A stretch of DNA of 60,985 nt, filler included, from Sphacelaria rigidula (taxonomy: Eukaryota), in NCBI GenBank assembly GCA_964200075.2. It is 5 parts of 5 records of this genome, joined end to end, with 100 filler letters (N's around TTAATTAATTAA, not from the genome) between each part and the next. Parts side by side here need not be neighbours in the genome. Positions count along the whole stretch, not along the records: positions 36,655 to 48,770 come from CAXNAA020004108.1; positions 48,871 to 60,985 come from CAXNAA020004109.1; 3 more parts are not named here. One strand, 5' to 3'. The notes beneath the pieces were generated by a model. That model saw only the letters and a program-made list of their open reading frames with translations. It had not been told where the DNA came from and searched no databases. Below, piece after piece: positions 36,929-49,195 of this stretch; within the stretch, counting starts at the first letter, position 1, and the number at the start of each line of letters is the position of its first letter. The translations under genes and the position numbers were made by a program.

Positions 36929-39900
36929 TCACAAAAAGTTCTAGTGGTGGCTGAAAAAGGTATGGCAGGGGTGCGGGTACGGCTCTAGATTATTTCAGAT
37001 ACATACCCCTGAATATGCAGTCGTCTTTCCCTTGTCATAACAGGGAGGTGTATAACCTGAGGATACGGTGCGCCCACCCCTCCCCCACCCACCGTGGAAA
37101 AACCTGGTCCGAGGGAATCCCGGCGTGCTCCGGCTTTGTAGGGGCGGACCCCCCTATGGGATTGGCGTCGGTCGGCGATGACGCTGTAAAACACCCCACT
37201 CACTGCGTCAGCTAGGCAACCAGGTTACCGACTTTTTTTGCGCGCTTGCGTTTTTTTTGGAGTAACCATGATGGTGGTCGAGCTAGATCATGTTGTGCGG
37301 GGTGGAAGAACCTCAACTCCGCACAAAGGGGATGATCGTAGTAAGTAGTGCTTGAATAGTGAAATACCCATGAGGCGGTGTATAAGCTGTGGCGGTCTCC
37401 GGAAGTGGCGATACCACAAAATAAAGCAACTCATTGAAAACTGTCATCCAAATGCAAGATTATCAGTGCGTTTTGGGCCAGACAATCTTAGCAGGATGCA
37501 GCGACTCGCCGAACACACCACGGCGCTTCGCGCTTGGTGATTGAGTGCGAGCCTGATCCGGCCAAAACCTGGCGTGCTCCGTCTCGGGTTTGTAGGGATG
37601 CGAGGTCAGTGGTCTGATGACTATGGCATGAGTACACCCACCGTAGAAAAATACGCATCTTGGACTGGGTCATGAGATATTTACAGGGTAGCATAAATAC
37701 ATATGTCAAGTACTACGAGTGATTCACGGCCTATTAGTCTGTTTTGTTTTGTTTCGTTTTTGCAAGGCCTCCTTGCAGGAAGCCATATGGCAGGGGCCTG
37801 CCGTTTTGTCAAGACTTCCCTCGTCTTCAGTTACAGCGTCGATTCTCTTCATTCTACTCCCCTACTTCTCCTCTGTCGACTTCCCTCCGTGAGTGCTCGG
37901 CGTATTCAAGTTGGGGTAGGTTCATCTTGCCACCTCGCGAATCAAGTAATCTCAATGTGCGACGATACAGAGGTATGCTTCAAACTATTCACCAGCCAGG
38001 ACGTGATGAACTTGTTGACCCTAGAGGCGTAGCTCATAAGAGCATGGCGGCACGTGTACTGCGCCAGGATGATGGGGGCTTTTAGTAGGCGCGATCCCAC
38101 ACTGTCTTAAGCAAAGCTTGCGAACGCTCGAGGCACATCTCCTTAAGGACCGCCGCGAGGCAGTTTGGCCGAGCCTCCGGGTAACCGGCACACGAACCCG
38201 CTTGCGGGGTAAGCATACACACATGTATTTGTCATAATTCAACTGCTCCCTCCCCTCCTCGAGAACGGTCCGTAGTCCCACGGGATCAACCACTTGTATC
38301 TATTTCCCGACATTCGCTGTGCAACATACTGTCCAGTGTGAGAACATGACTATCGGCACTCTCGTGGGCCGTCGACTGCGCTGGAATTATTTCCCACCTC
38401 ATGTTTCCACGCTCCCCACGGCCGACACCAGTATACTACGCCATTATTGTCGGGATTCAAGCACACTAATTGTACTCCGCCCATACCGACCGGTGATGTA
38501 CAGAATAAACCACTAGGATCCGGCGGTACAATATATTCTCGAAGAAATTGGTTCGGCAGCCTAAGTACATCCGCACGGGCTATGAACGTCTTATTCCCAT
38601 GTGCATCAATCGATCAACGAATCAATCAATCAAGTTCAGTTTGGATGGTGAGAAATGCCTCTGGGATCTTTTTCAACTCTTGAACCACAGAGAACGTGAT
38701 TATTTCCCACTGTGCCCGTGCGCCTGTATGCGAGCATTTGTGACTTGATCTCAACATGTGCAATTCTTCTTATCCTGAAGATCCCAAGAAGCTTCGCAAT
38801 CAAAGGGTCATCATCTAGCAAGGCGCTAAAACGTGTATTCCTTCAATTAAAAAATGTGCGTTACCGTCAGTCACCACCGGGGGCTCAGTTGTTGATCTCT
38901 GGGCATACCGCAAGCTTAACACGAAACTTGTAGAAAAATGATGGTTTCCCCTCCCTCCCCCAGCTATCTCGGGATCTCTTGCGAGAAATTGCTTCTCAAA
39001 ATTTGAAGCCTCACCGGTAGTTTCGCCTCGACCTAAAGCACCTCCGACAGGAAAAGACGTGCCAAACGCTTTGTTCAGCAACGTGGATCTGCTCAGCAGA
39101 AGAAAAAACACAACCAGGGGAATAAGAAAACCAAGCACAGAGGTAAGCAAGTTAGTGAATCCTTGGAGCGGGAAGCACGAGGTCACCTTTCCGGAACAAC
39201 ATGGGCTGCTGACCTTCAAATTCGGAACAATATCAGCGGCTGAATTTTTAATTTCGGAACAAAATCGAAGATGATAAACCTTTCAACTTTGGAGCACTAT
39301 TGACAACTGACCTTCGTTTTCTAACCACATCGACGGCTCACCTTCGATTCCGGCACAGTGCATAAAAGTCTGACGCTACAGTACAGTCGAGCAGCTTCTC
39401 TCTGTTCGCATTAATTATTCCTGATAACAAGGGTGATATCGACAATTTATCTGTTCCGTGGGTCCCAATGTCTGACATGATCCACTGTTTTAATCGAACA
39501 TGTTTTCTTGTATTACACGGTTTTTGGAGTCGATCAAAGGAGCATCCATACACACGGAAATAAGTCACAAGACGTCGGGAATGGCGAACACACACACACA
39601 TACATACACGACTTGTGTAGTTCCCCTTTTCGGCCCTTCTCTAGCCTCTTCTGGCTCGTGTACCATGTAATCGATGATTTTTTTTTATTATTTGAAATTG
39701 TCTCATTCTTATTATTCCGAGTCGGACGTGTGACTTTGTGTGTATTTATTTTCGCTGCTGTGTTAGTAGCCCCATCCTGCGAGGCGCCGTGTTTCCAATT
39801 TTCGTGGCAGTATTTTTTTACATTTTCGGTTGTATTCTGTCTTTTGATGTCGCGGCTTTGTGATCACGAGCGCTCGATTTCTGGAATAGGGCTACTGTTA

Positions 39901-41726
39901 AACAACAACGACAACGACAACAGCACGCACAGATATGGAGTCACTGTAAAATGACCACGGTAATTCGCACTGGGAAACCTCCCTTGGGAAAAAACACACA
40001 CACACAAAACACGGAATACTTACTTTCCGCTCCCTTTGCTTCCGAGGACTCCAACCACGTTGATTGGCTTTCCTGCAAACCCACTGCTTTTTCATTTTTT
40101 TTGTGCACGTGAAGAAGAATCCCATCATCATTACGGCAGCCACACATTCCCATCCACCATTGCACCCCGAAGGCGGAGAAACCAAACAACAGCGTACGAG
40201 ACGAAAAAGAACAGATAACAAAGAGGTATGGCGGATGCTCATAAATGAGAGCCGGCACAATAATGGGAGAAGGATACAAGTATAAGGTAGAGGAAAAGGT
40301 CGACGACGTCGAAGAGCAAGAGAGGAGGCACCAAGGCCAATTGACATTGCCGCCTTCCTGCCGGGAGCTATAGCCCCTTTCTCCTCTTCAACCGATAGTT
40401 TCAGGCAAACAACAAAATACTCACACTCTAGATTCAATTCCGGACTCTCCCCACATCTTTTTTGTGCGGACAACAACATGGTAAAGCTGTGTTAGAGTAG
40501 ATGATAACACTATAGCAGCCGTAGGATTACCCTTCTCCCTCCAAACATTGAGAGCTTTGGGACTACGATTCCTGAGACCACTTATTACGACGCCCCTTTT
40601 CAAGCGCTAGCGAAGTTGAGCTCTGCAAATGTTGCTCGTCGCGAGTCAGGATATATCACCCAGTATTCGGCAAGGCTTGACATGCACATACGTCAAGTTT
40701 ACTTTTATCTTCGTGTTTGCCCCGTTCCAGAGTTTTCTACAGCGAGTGTTTCCGTTTTGTTTACCTTGCGTAGGTCTATCTTATGGATAATGACCACCAA
40801 TGAATGCCTCGGGGATCAGCCCAAGTGCGACCATCCTTGACCCAGTCCAATCAAGCGTATGTGGCTAGGAGACGGAGAAACTCATGATGCACCAAGAGCT
40901 GAAAACCGTTGTTTGAATGACACGTGCTACTATAATTTCGTGAGTATAGCTAATTCATGACAAAAATAACATGATGTTTAAATACGGAGGGTCCTGAACA
41001 CATAATTTGTTCATACTCAGTGGATACCCAGACCTTATTTCGTAACAAAATTACCCGCTGGCATTCAACGCCGGTAACCACGACGCTACAGTAGAGTCGA
41101 GCAGCTTCTCCCTGTTCACATGCATCATCCCCAATGTCAGCACACATGCCATGCTTTCCATGTTCACTACGTTCCTGATTCATTATTCTTCCATTCGACC
41201 AAATCCGTTATTTTCAAACATCCACAACAATGGCCGTCAATGCAAGGGTCGATCTCCAGCTCTCGATGTCCAAGTTCCTGACGCCGGGGATATGTATCTG
41301 GCTCCAAACCCGGCCCGACATCCTGATGTCGTGATACATGGATATATCACGATACTTGAAATATCATATTCCAAAATCCCATCCTATAGGATCCAAAACT
41401 GACCTGACATGAAAACATAAACGATATCGTGATGTATCGATGTATCTATATGGGCTGATACCTGATGCATATCCCTAGTTGGCGTACCTAAGAAGCGAAG
41501 TCATCTCGCTGGCGGATGCGAGTTTTCCCGACGCATCCACCAGCTCTACCACGCTACCTCCCACTGTCGCAGCCGCCGCCGAAGCAGCAGTAGCAGCACA
41601 CGACACCCGGGACACGCCCCCTGCCGCCAAGAGCAAGACTGAGGTGGTAAAAGCTAGCGGTGTTCGCCGCCGCCGGGGCATCTTTGCTCGCGATTCGTCT
41701 CGTGTTCCTGCTTGGGGCGGCGCCAT
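36742..41726 (-). CDS. SEY1: RHD3/Sey1 (atlastin-like) GTPase, 5' five exons, 3'-partial: 41726-41488, 40571-40531, 40072-40024, 39088-39015, 36878-36742
   Basis: Phase-consistent splicing (2,1,2,1,0) gives VVELVDASGKL...PINVVGVLGSKGSGK|STLLNKAFGTSFPVGGALGRGETT|GVAAAACDGCLLLDCDGAEEG...RTYEQ. This parallels RHD3 QLIDGDG...GPQSSGKSTLLNHLFGTNF...GRSQTTKG...MDLEGTDG...FEKQ (G1, G2 and G3 motifs). Confidence 0.85.
36887..36924. repeat. (CA)19 microsatellite next to the exon-5 acceptor of the SEY1-like gene
   Basis: Direct read. Confidence 0.95.
37490..37642 (+). repeat. Dispersed repeat family B, copy 1
   Basis: GCGACTCGCCGAACA.ACCACGGCGCTTCGCGC...GGCGTGCTCCGTC.CGGG.TTGTAGGGATGCGAGGTCA...TGAGTACACCC is shared with 48988-49195 (-) and 57015-57215 (+). 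Confidence 0.8.
38010..38215 (+). repeat. Dispersed repeat, homologous to 13075-13280
   Basis: Colinear similarity with the contig-2 copy. Confidence 0.7.
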
Positions 41727-42199
41727 ATTTTCGCTGTGCGTACATGTATTCAATCACACGGGGGGGAGGGGAAGGTGAAGGGGGGAGATGGAAACGTTGG
41801 AAAAACCTTCTTTACGGTGGACACGTCAAACACTTCCCCCGAAACGAGTTTTGGATATGCATGATACATGGTTTTACATTGATTGATTATCTTCAACTAG
41901 ATGCTGCTACTGGGTATGTTGTAGGTTGGAAGAATTGGGAACGCCCTCTTTTCGAACGACGCTTCCGACATGCTGCATTGTGGTGGGCCGGAGGAGAAAT
42001 GGGCGTGTGGTCGGTTGATTGGTGCGTTATTGGTGCGTGTTGACGCCGAACTGGAGCAGACTCACCGATGGCAACACTGAGTGATTTTGCATGTTTCGGG
42101 GTGGATGGTGAAGAAAAGGTGTGTGGACGAGCGAGGGTGTACGGAGTAGGTGCGTTGCATAGAGCGTCAATATTGACAAGCTACAAAGTGAGCTTGCGG

Positions 42200-44400
42200 A
42201 CACGCTGCGCTAGATTAGGGAGGTGATCCCGACGAAAACGAGAGCTCAGCGCAAGCCCCACAGCAACGTCTCGGTTGAGTCAACGTGCCCTGAATACGGG
42301 AGAGGAGACACACAAATGCATAAAATGCGCGCAAATGTCCATGTATCGTACTGTCGAGAACGAAAGCTCCCACATCTGTTGCAATCGGCCGGACGACCAA
42401 AATGTGGTGCAAGATATTAAATTTCGATGCGCATCTCGATGTAAGACGCACAGCCGTACATATCCATCGCAGACTGCCTCCTTCAACACGGTCATGATCC
42501 ACTGCCTTCAGGGGAAGTAGACAAGAGGACACGAAAACGACATGGAGAATCCATCATCCGATATGTGTTGGCCACAACAAACTAGACCAGAAATAAGGCT
42601 GTGTGCTCACTGGACAACAAAATGGCACACCGCACTGTACTGCAGCAGCCAGAAGATGGGCTACCGTCGGAAACGGAGAATAACACCACCCCTCCGCGCA
42701 CGGGCAACCCGTCCGGCTGTGGCGTTCATCAATCTAGACTTCTTCGAAACTGCGGTGGCTATGCCGTAGGAATAGATGTCGACGGGAAGCTCTTGTTGAG
42801 ATCTAGTACTATTTGGGGTATTTTGGCAGTTGCAAGGTATTATCTTATCTTCTATGTGCGATGAAACTCGGGTTGAACATGTCATACCTCTGTCACGATC
42901 ACATGTATGAGGGGGTGTTATACTTCGCCACTTACTCACTCACCAAACCACGACGATAGAACCCACATTGCTGTTCGTGTTGGAACGAGAAACGGTTGGC
43001 TCTACCAGCAACACTTCCAGCAGTCTACAAGAGGGAGCATGAGAACAAACGCATTCCAGTGTGCAAGCATCCCCCTACCTTCTCCGTGTATCGTATGATG
43101 TCAACCTTGTTGGTTTCGAAGTTACCCCTGCTGTGTCCGCACATTTTGGCGGGGCAGCCTGCGGAAAACAACCTCCTCCAACATACAACCAGCAACTTTG
43201 TCGTTTTTGCTCTGGTCTGTATTCTTGCTTGCACGCACAAATATAGAGCATTTTGCCACTATACATAAGCATGGGTACATAGTGCAACCTCAACCTGCTG
43301 CGATCTCACCCGCATCCCAAATTTGTACTTGCAAGTGCTACGACGGGGCCAACATGTCCAAACACTGAAAACCTCAACATCTCGAACAACACTCAGGAGC
43401 ATGATCTCACAGCCAAACAAGGCCCTACAACTTGAAACAGGACCTTACCTGCTGTCCAGCAGAAAACTCACCAGTCGATGCCCGCTCCTCTGGTTTCACC
43501 CTAGAGTAGAAGCCCGCCGCCACTGGCTCCTCCGCTGTGGCTCTACCTCACGCACGTGTGCACACTACACCTAACTCTGAGAAGCTTCGCCACGCGTCAA
43601 CCTATGTCTGCTCTATGACCGACGGGATTTTCACGTTTGTAGTCTAGTGTGATGATGAAAAAGACATTGCTCGTCCCCGGTTGTGTGTTGGATGCGTCCC
43701 CTGCATACCAGACATACAGCTAAGGATTGAGGTGGACAGTGGGGCGTTTGCACCTCTCTCAATCAGAGAGAATATTTACGGAAATTTCATAGCTTCGGCG
43801 TGGAGAAAGGAAGTGCACGTATCTGTTATACTACGAGTACTGTGCGAACCACACACGAGACACGATGTCTTCAAAGATAGCAAAGCGAATGATGGCGAGG
43901 GTTGACGACATGGTATCGCGAGCTGCAGCATCAGTGAATGAACAGGTAAGTGAGCAGTGTACGCTATCGATCATAATGATCACGTTCATGATATGAGATA
44001 GATCGGATAGGATCGTGTTTGTGAGATGGTATGAAATGGTAGGACGTCGGAGTGGATGACGTTGAATCCTTTTCATGAGAGGGTGTTATACCACGTCTCG
44101 TACCGGCTAGTCCTTGGAAGACACCCAAACACTTGCCAACCAACGTCTTCTCCACGAACACAAGGTAGGCCCAGACAAATATTGTATGTATTTTCTACTT
44201 ATTATGTAGGGAATGAAATGGCGTGGCTATTCTCTCAGTGCCGGGTCGTGATAGGCGATAGGGGCATCTTAAACAAAGGGTCTCAAAGTGTCCAGGATTT
44301 CCTACCGCAATGTGGTTGATGTCTCCGGAAAACAGTTACGCCGCTGATTTTGGGTCGTCTCCTCGTAGATGCGCCTCATGTTCTTGGACGTGGTGTATAT
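42200..44400 (+). mobile_element. Possible decayed non-LTR retrotransposon of the restriction-like-endonuclease type (CRE/R2-like)
   Basis: Plus-strand remnants 'ASFNTV' (~42480; compare NAFNxV) and 'ARIC...HTRHDVFKD' (~43815-43880; compare the CCHC finger followed by RH). Frameshifted; boundaries approximate. Confidence 0.35.
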
Positions 44401-44899
44401 TGCCAATACATTAGTCGTGTGCATTCAGCACTAACCCGCGGCAAGAGCGAAGCATTATTCCTAGCCAACGCGAAAAGTTGAGATGATATCATGAGAAGAG
44501 GTGAGGGGAGTTGTGTCATTTACCGTACCGCTCATGGTCGAGGGAATGCGATTTGCTCTCCGCAACCTCTCCATGTGCCCCGACAATCGCGGGACACTTT
44601 ACATTCGCCCCATTTCTAGGGCTCATGAAGATGAGCACACCATTTTTTGTTCACGTGTCCCTGAATCATGACCAAGATTACCAGTGTCTTCGCATCTCCT
44701 CCTCCACTCTGTTTTCTCGGTTTCCTGAGCCCCCCCCCCCTATTTAATGCCTCCACATTGTCGGAACATTTTTTCTTAGGTTTGCTCCAATTTCTTACGA
44801 CATTTTCGGGATCTGGGAGGCAAGAGCCAAGACACATATTTTTGTAGGCAAGCCCAAGATCACCAGTATCATGCCGTTCGGAGGTTCGATCGTTATATC

Positions 44900-46350
44900 C
44901 ATTTTCTTCGAGTCATCAGCCGCGGGGAGTACCCGGGGAACCCACATTCTTCCGCAGAGCCTGTACATAGACTGCCATCGCGTCGACTTTTGTCATTTTT
45001 TGTCATCAAGTCTCGCTCTGGCATTGTTGGACGACGGAAACCAGGATAATGACTGCGCATATACTGTCTGTCCTCGAACACAACGCGCTTTGCCGTACCT
45101 AGTTTTGACTGAGAAGTTGGCCACCGAGGCGCGAGGGTGTTGTACCGTTGGTGAGCGTTTGTCGTGTCAGGGTTAACGATATAGCATGGTCGTTCGGCCA
45201 GGCCTGAGCAGGAACGGCCATACCACGTCGATAGCGCCACATCCCGTCCGCTCTGTCCGATTAAAGTACTATGACGCACGTTGAGTGATGCCCCCTAATC
45301 ACGAGAAATCGACAGTGACTGCGAAAATGGAACACCAAGAGCTAGGACGTTCCAGATATATTCCTTTGGCACAAACCTTTACGCATCGCAATGCATCACT
45401 TTCCGGCACCAAAGTGGAAAAAGAGACAAACCAGGAATAAAAATTGGCCCGTCCCCGGATTTTCGGAACAAATTTGAGTATTCTTCTCCGTGTTTGGCAA
45501 CGCCGAACTCGACGAACATCTTCGTAGAGCTCTATGCTTTCTGTTTGTTTGGAGCTATCCAACCAATTGGAATTAGCTTCGACATAATACTCGCAAAAGT
45601 TGATGTTCGACGGATGTGATCGAGTTACAATGAATTGGAGCTACCCAACCAAGTGGAATTAGTTTCGACATAACACTCGCAAGAGCCGGTGTCCGAGGGA
45701 TGTGACCGAGTTCGATCTGTGGTCGGTTGCTGGCTTCTCTTTGTCCATGTAGTCCTCACAGGCTGCATAAAATTCCGGCATGCTATCTTCTTCGTCGGCC
45801 GCACCACCCTGTCGGCCTTGCGGATGCTGTTGCTGCGCTCACCTAGCCGCGGGTGCCTCCGAAGGAACAAATCGAGCTATTTTCGACCTGAGTCTACAGT
45901 GGGATCCTATGGCACCGGTCGGTTGTCGCTGCAGAGTGCCATAACCGCCTGTTTCAGGCCATCTCTATTCAGGCCCGTTGACGCGCTGCGGCAAATTTCA
46001 CCATATCTTCGATGGAATTTTCTTCCTCCGTCGACATTACAGTACTCGGGCCAACCCTGCCAGCTATGCCCACGCCTGCAGCGAACCAAAGGAGATGTCG
46101 GAGGTCTTGGCAGCATCATGGAAAGTCATGCGACCGCTGCGTACCGCTCCCATGGCCTCTGCTGCACGTTCTGGGTTCACTCTTACTCTCTGCACGCTTA
46201 CCAGCCGATCGACCAAAAGGCTGATTTTGGAGGAAGACACACACGCTTGTTCACAGTGCTGTGGGATGGCGTGTTTGTGTTTTTATTCAAGAGGCACGTG
46301 CAGTAGCTCAAAAGAAGCGTCGTGCTCTTGTGTCCACGTAGGAAAAACCA
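44900..46350 (-). mobile_element. Decayed LTR-retrotransposon integrase region, Ty1/Copia-like
   Basis: Minus-strand 'YVDTRAR' (~46335), 'PEYCNVDGGRKF...EIC' (45907-46119 ORF; compare SDxGxEF), then 'KGIYL' and 'GRDV' as in the Copia post-integrase region. Confidence 0.45.
45549..45712 (+). repeat. 86-bp-period tandem duplication
   Basis: TTGGAGCTA.CCAACCAA.TGGAATTAG.TTCGACATAA.ACTCGCAA...GGATGTGA.CGAGTT at 45549 and 45635. Confidence 0.88.
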
Positions 46351-46519
46351 GAATGCAAAACGGTCAATATTTCGCGGACTTATGAACGATAAAAAATTGT
46401 TTCCTTCATTGGTACTGTTCCGTGATAGGGACGTTTACTCAAGTTTCGATTGATTTCAACTCGAACTTTAACCGCAGCTGAAGCGGGACTCCCCCTCAGC
46501 TATACACGACTCTCCCCTT

Positions 46520-46852
46520 CTTTTTTGTATTCCTTTTTTTCTTGTGTCAGTTCAAAACCCTCTCTTTTTTCAGGAGGACTTCCGTGGGGATAAGGGATCA
46601 ATCCGTCTCGCCCCGGTGAACGCCTTTTCGTTTCAGTATCGCGGATGGGATCAGCACTCCACTCCCGCAGCGTGTCGACTGTCAAAAAAATTCAGTCAAA
46701 TTAACTGTTATTGCTACTCACGTACGTAGGTCCTCACGCTTTCGGTTACGTACGTCAGATACTTTTGAAAACAAAAGTCAAGCTAGGCGCATTTGGCGGG
46801 GGTTTTTTTCCGACCCAAGGTTGTCAGTCGTACCGCTCGACCACTGGGGTGC
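46520..46852 (-). mobile_element. tRNA-derived SINE family 2, diverged copy
   Basis: Reverse complement aligns to the 48455 copy (GAAAGCGTGAG...ACGTGAGTA...GCTGA.CC.ATCCGCGA...ACCGGGG.GAGA.GG.TTGATCCCT). Confidence 0.65.
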
Positions 46853-47991
46853 GCTTATAGTTGAAGGTTTATTGACGTGTATTAGGGGGTACTATCCTGC
46901 GCCTTTTACAGGGCTGAAGCCCGTGCTCGTTTACGATGCGCCGTAGTTACTGTACCATAAACTGAGCTCTATGCGCCTTGCCCGAAGACTGTTCGGTACA
47001 AGCGGGGATGACGCCGACGGCAGTGGAAGCTGTTGGGTGCTTCAGAACGATGTGCCACGTCGATACGTATACCCTTCCAAGAACGGCACCACTGTTCGGG
47101 TGTATCTGTAAGCAGCAAAAACAAGGTCGGCCTTCGGTGTGTCTTAACTGAATGAAACGAAGAAAAAATCGACCTTGAAAAAACGTAAAAGTTTTTCTTG
47201 TCAGCACGAATCTTCTACATTGCACCGCGATGTCTCTTACTGTACAGCGAGGTATAAAAAAAGGGGCGAACCACGAGGAATTAAACACGTGGTTGTTGCA
47301 GACCTCTGTGTTTTCCCGTCATGGTTCGCGCAAAGTTTTGGGGGCCTTCTCAGCCCTCCGGATCGTTATACCATGGATTGTTCACGCGCGCAGATGGTCG
47401 ACCAGGCCGACCGGGACGGCCTGTCCACGTCGCCGTGATGACGATACTTTTTTTATGTTGGATTATTTTCCAAGCGCGGATATAAATCAGTGTGCATACT
47501 GCACGTCATCCCTCTGCTGTCTCGAACGAAACCTCACCTTGTCTGATGCGGTTTCATTACTGTATATCAGGTGCGATTAGGTCAAGCGGGTGTGCCCAGG
47601 CAAGACCAGCAGCGGACGTCACAATGTCCACGATACGAGCTGGTATATGCTGCACAGTTGTGACCCCCGATAAAATTTCCTGAATCTTGCATGAGTGACA
47701 AACGCCTGTTTAAGTCGGGGAAAGCGATGTTGTTGGACAGCCAGCCCCAGCTCTCAATAATTTTTTTAAACGATATTTTCAAAAGTAACGTTTGATTGTC
47801 TTCGCCGGACTCGTCGTTATAGGTTATATCGTGTAACGATATCACATCGTGTAAGGTCATTATTCGACAACTAAGTCAACAGGCCAACGAATCAATCAGT
47901 CGATCAAAAACATCCAGTATTTTGTATAAACGTTGGCGTGTTTCTATATCGTGTTTTTGCTTGAAAAAAAAAACGCTAACAAAAATTGCAG

Positions 47992-48128
47992 GCGGGAGCT
48001 GGTGTGAGTTCAAAGACGCGGAAGAAGACCGCAAGGCGTGCGCTTCTGGCGGGGTTGTCTGAAGGAGGCAGCAAGAAGGCTGGTGCAACGGGAGGGGCAC
48101 TAGGGATAGGAGCATCCAAGTCCGGCAG
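47992..48128 (+). CDS. Candidate orphan internal exon (AGAGVSSKTRKKTARR...SKSG), unknown protein
   Basis: GCTAAC branch point, TTGCAG acceptor, CAG|GTGGGT donor, and only one open frame. Confidence 0.4.
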
Positions 48129-48454
48129 GTGGGTGTTTCAAGCGATCTGGATTCAACGGAAGTGCCCTTGGCTTGAAGATGATCGCGCGTGCCGTGCAGC
48201 AGCTTGCAATACCTCTCTGGGGCGATTCAAATTCATTTGATTTCGTATGTTTAGCATCCATCTATGAACGGCTTATATCAGTTGTTACGTTTGTCGTAGC
48301 TGTTCATCCATACTTCAGCGGAGGCGTGAGAAAGCTGGTTTGCTTCAAGACGTTTACGCGTACTCTATGAACAACCATGTACAAGTGCCACATGAATATC
48401 CCAACCCAGAAGAGGCATCGCATGCTATCCCCGTTGAAGTACAGTTGCCCCCGC

Positions 48455-48770
48455 GCCCCGGTGGTGTAACGGTCTGACTGTCGCCACAAAGGGTGGAGAG
48501 AACGAGGGTTCGATTCCCGATGCGTTGGGTTTTTCTTCGTTATATCTGATTTCCACCGTGGAAAGCGTGAGAACGTGAGTAAGCAAAGTAGTTGACTGAG
48601 TTTGTCTGACGAGAGTTGACGCGGTGCCGGAGCGCTGACCCAATCCGCGAGACCAAAATGCAAGGCGTGTACCGGGGAGAGAGGGGTTGATCCCTCGAGA
48701 TCACGGACTCGTCCCGAGGAAGGGGAGGGGTTCGAAGTGCGACAAATGAAGAAAAATATATAGTACACCC
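48455..48770 (+). mobile_element. tRNA-derived SINE family 2, running to the contig end
   Basis: GCCCCGGTGGTGTAACGG (A box) and GGTTCGATTCC (B box), followed by a non-tRNA body. Confidence 0.75.
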
Positions 48771-48870
48771 NNNNNNNNNNNNNNNNNNNNNNNNNNNNNN
48801 NNNNNNNNNNNNNNTTAATTAATTAANNNNNNNNNNNNNNNNNNNNNNNNNNNNNNNNNNNNNNNNNNNN
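48771..48870. other. Artificial contig linker
   Basis: N..TTAATTAATTAA..N, 100 nt. Confidence 0.97.
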
Positions 48871-48934
48871 GTGGTGGGTGGGAGGGGCGGGGGGGGGGGG
48901 GGGCGGGGCGGCGGCGGGCGGGGGGGGGGGGGGG

Positions 48935-48978
<44 letters not shown>

Positions 48979-48987
48979 ACTCCTTTT

Positions 48988-49195
48988 GTGCTTGCCATGG
49001 TCATTTGACCATCGGGTAGGTATACTCATGATCTTGCAGGCCATAGCCATGAGACCGTTGACCTCGCATCCCCACAAAGCCGGGACGGAACACGCCGGGT
49101 TTTCGCTTAAACAGGCGTGCAATCAATCACCAAGTGCGAAGCGCCGTGATGTGTTCGGCGCGTCGCACGAAAGATGAGCTGCATCTTGATGAGAT
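48988..49195 (-). repeat. Dispersed repeat family B, copy 2
   Basis: Reverse complement of the 37490 and 57015 copies. Confidence 0.8.

Noticed and set aside
48871-48977. G-rich tract and poly-Pro/Gly ORFs (possible G-quadruplex); similar runs at ~12257, ~36482 and ~36700-36736
   Set aside because: All lie at contig edges where homopolymer sequence is unreliable.
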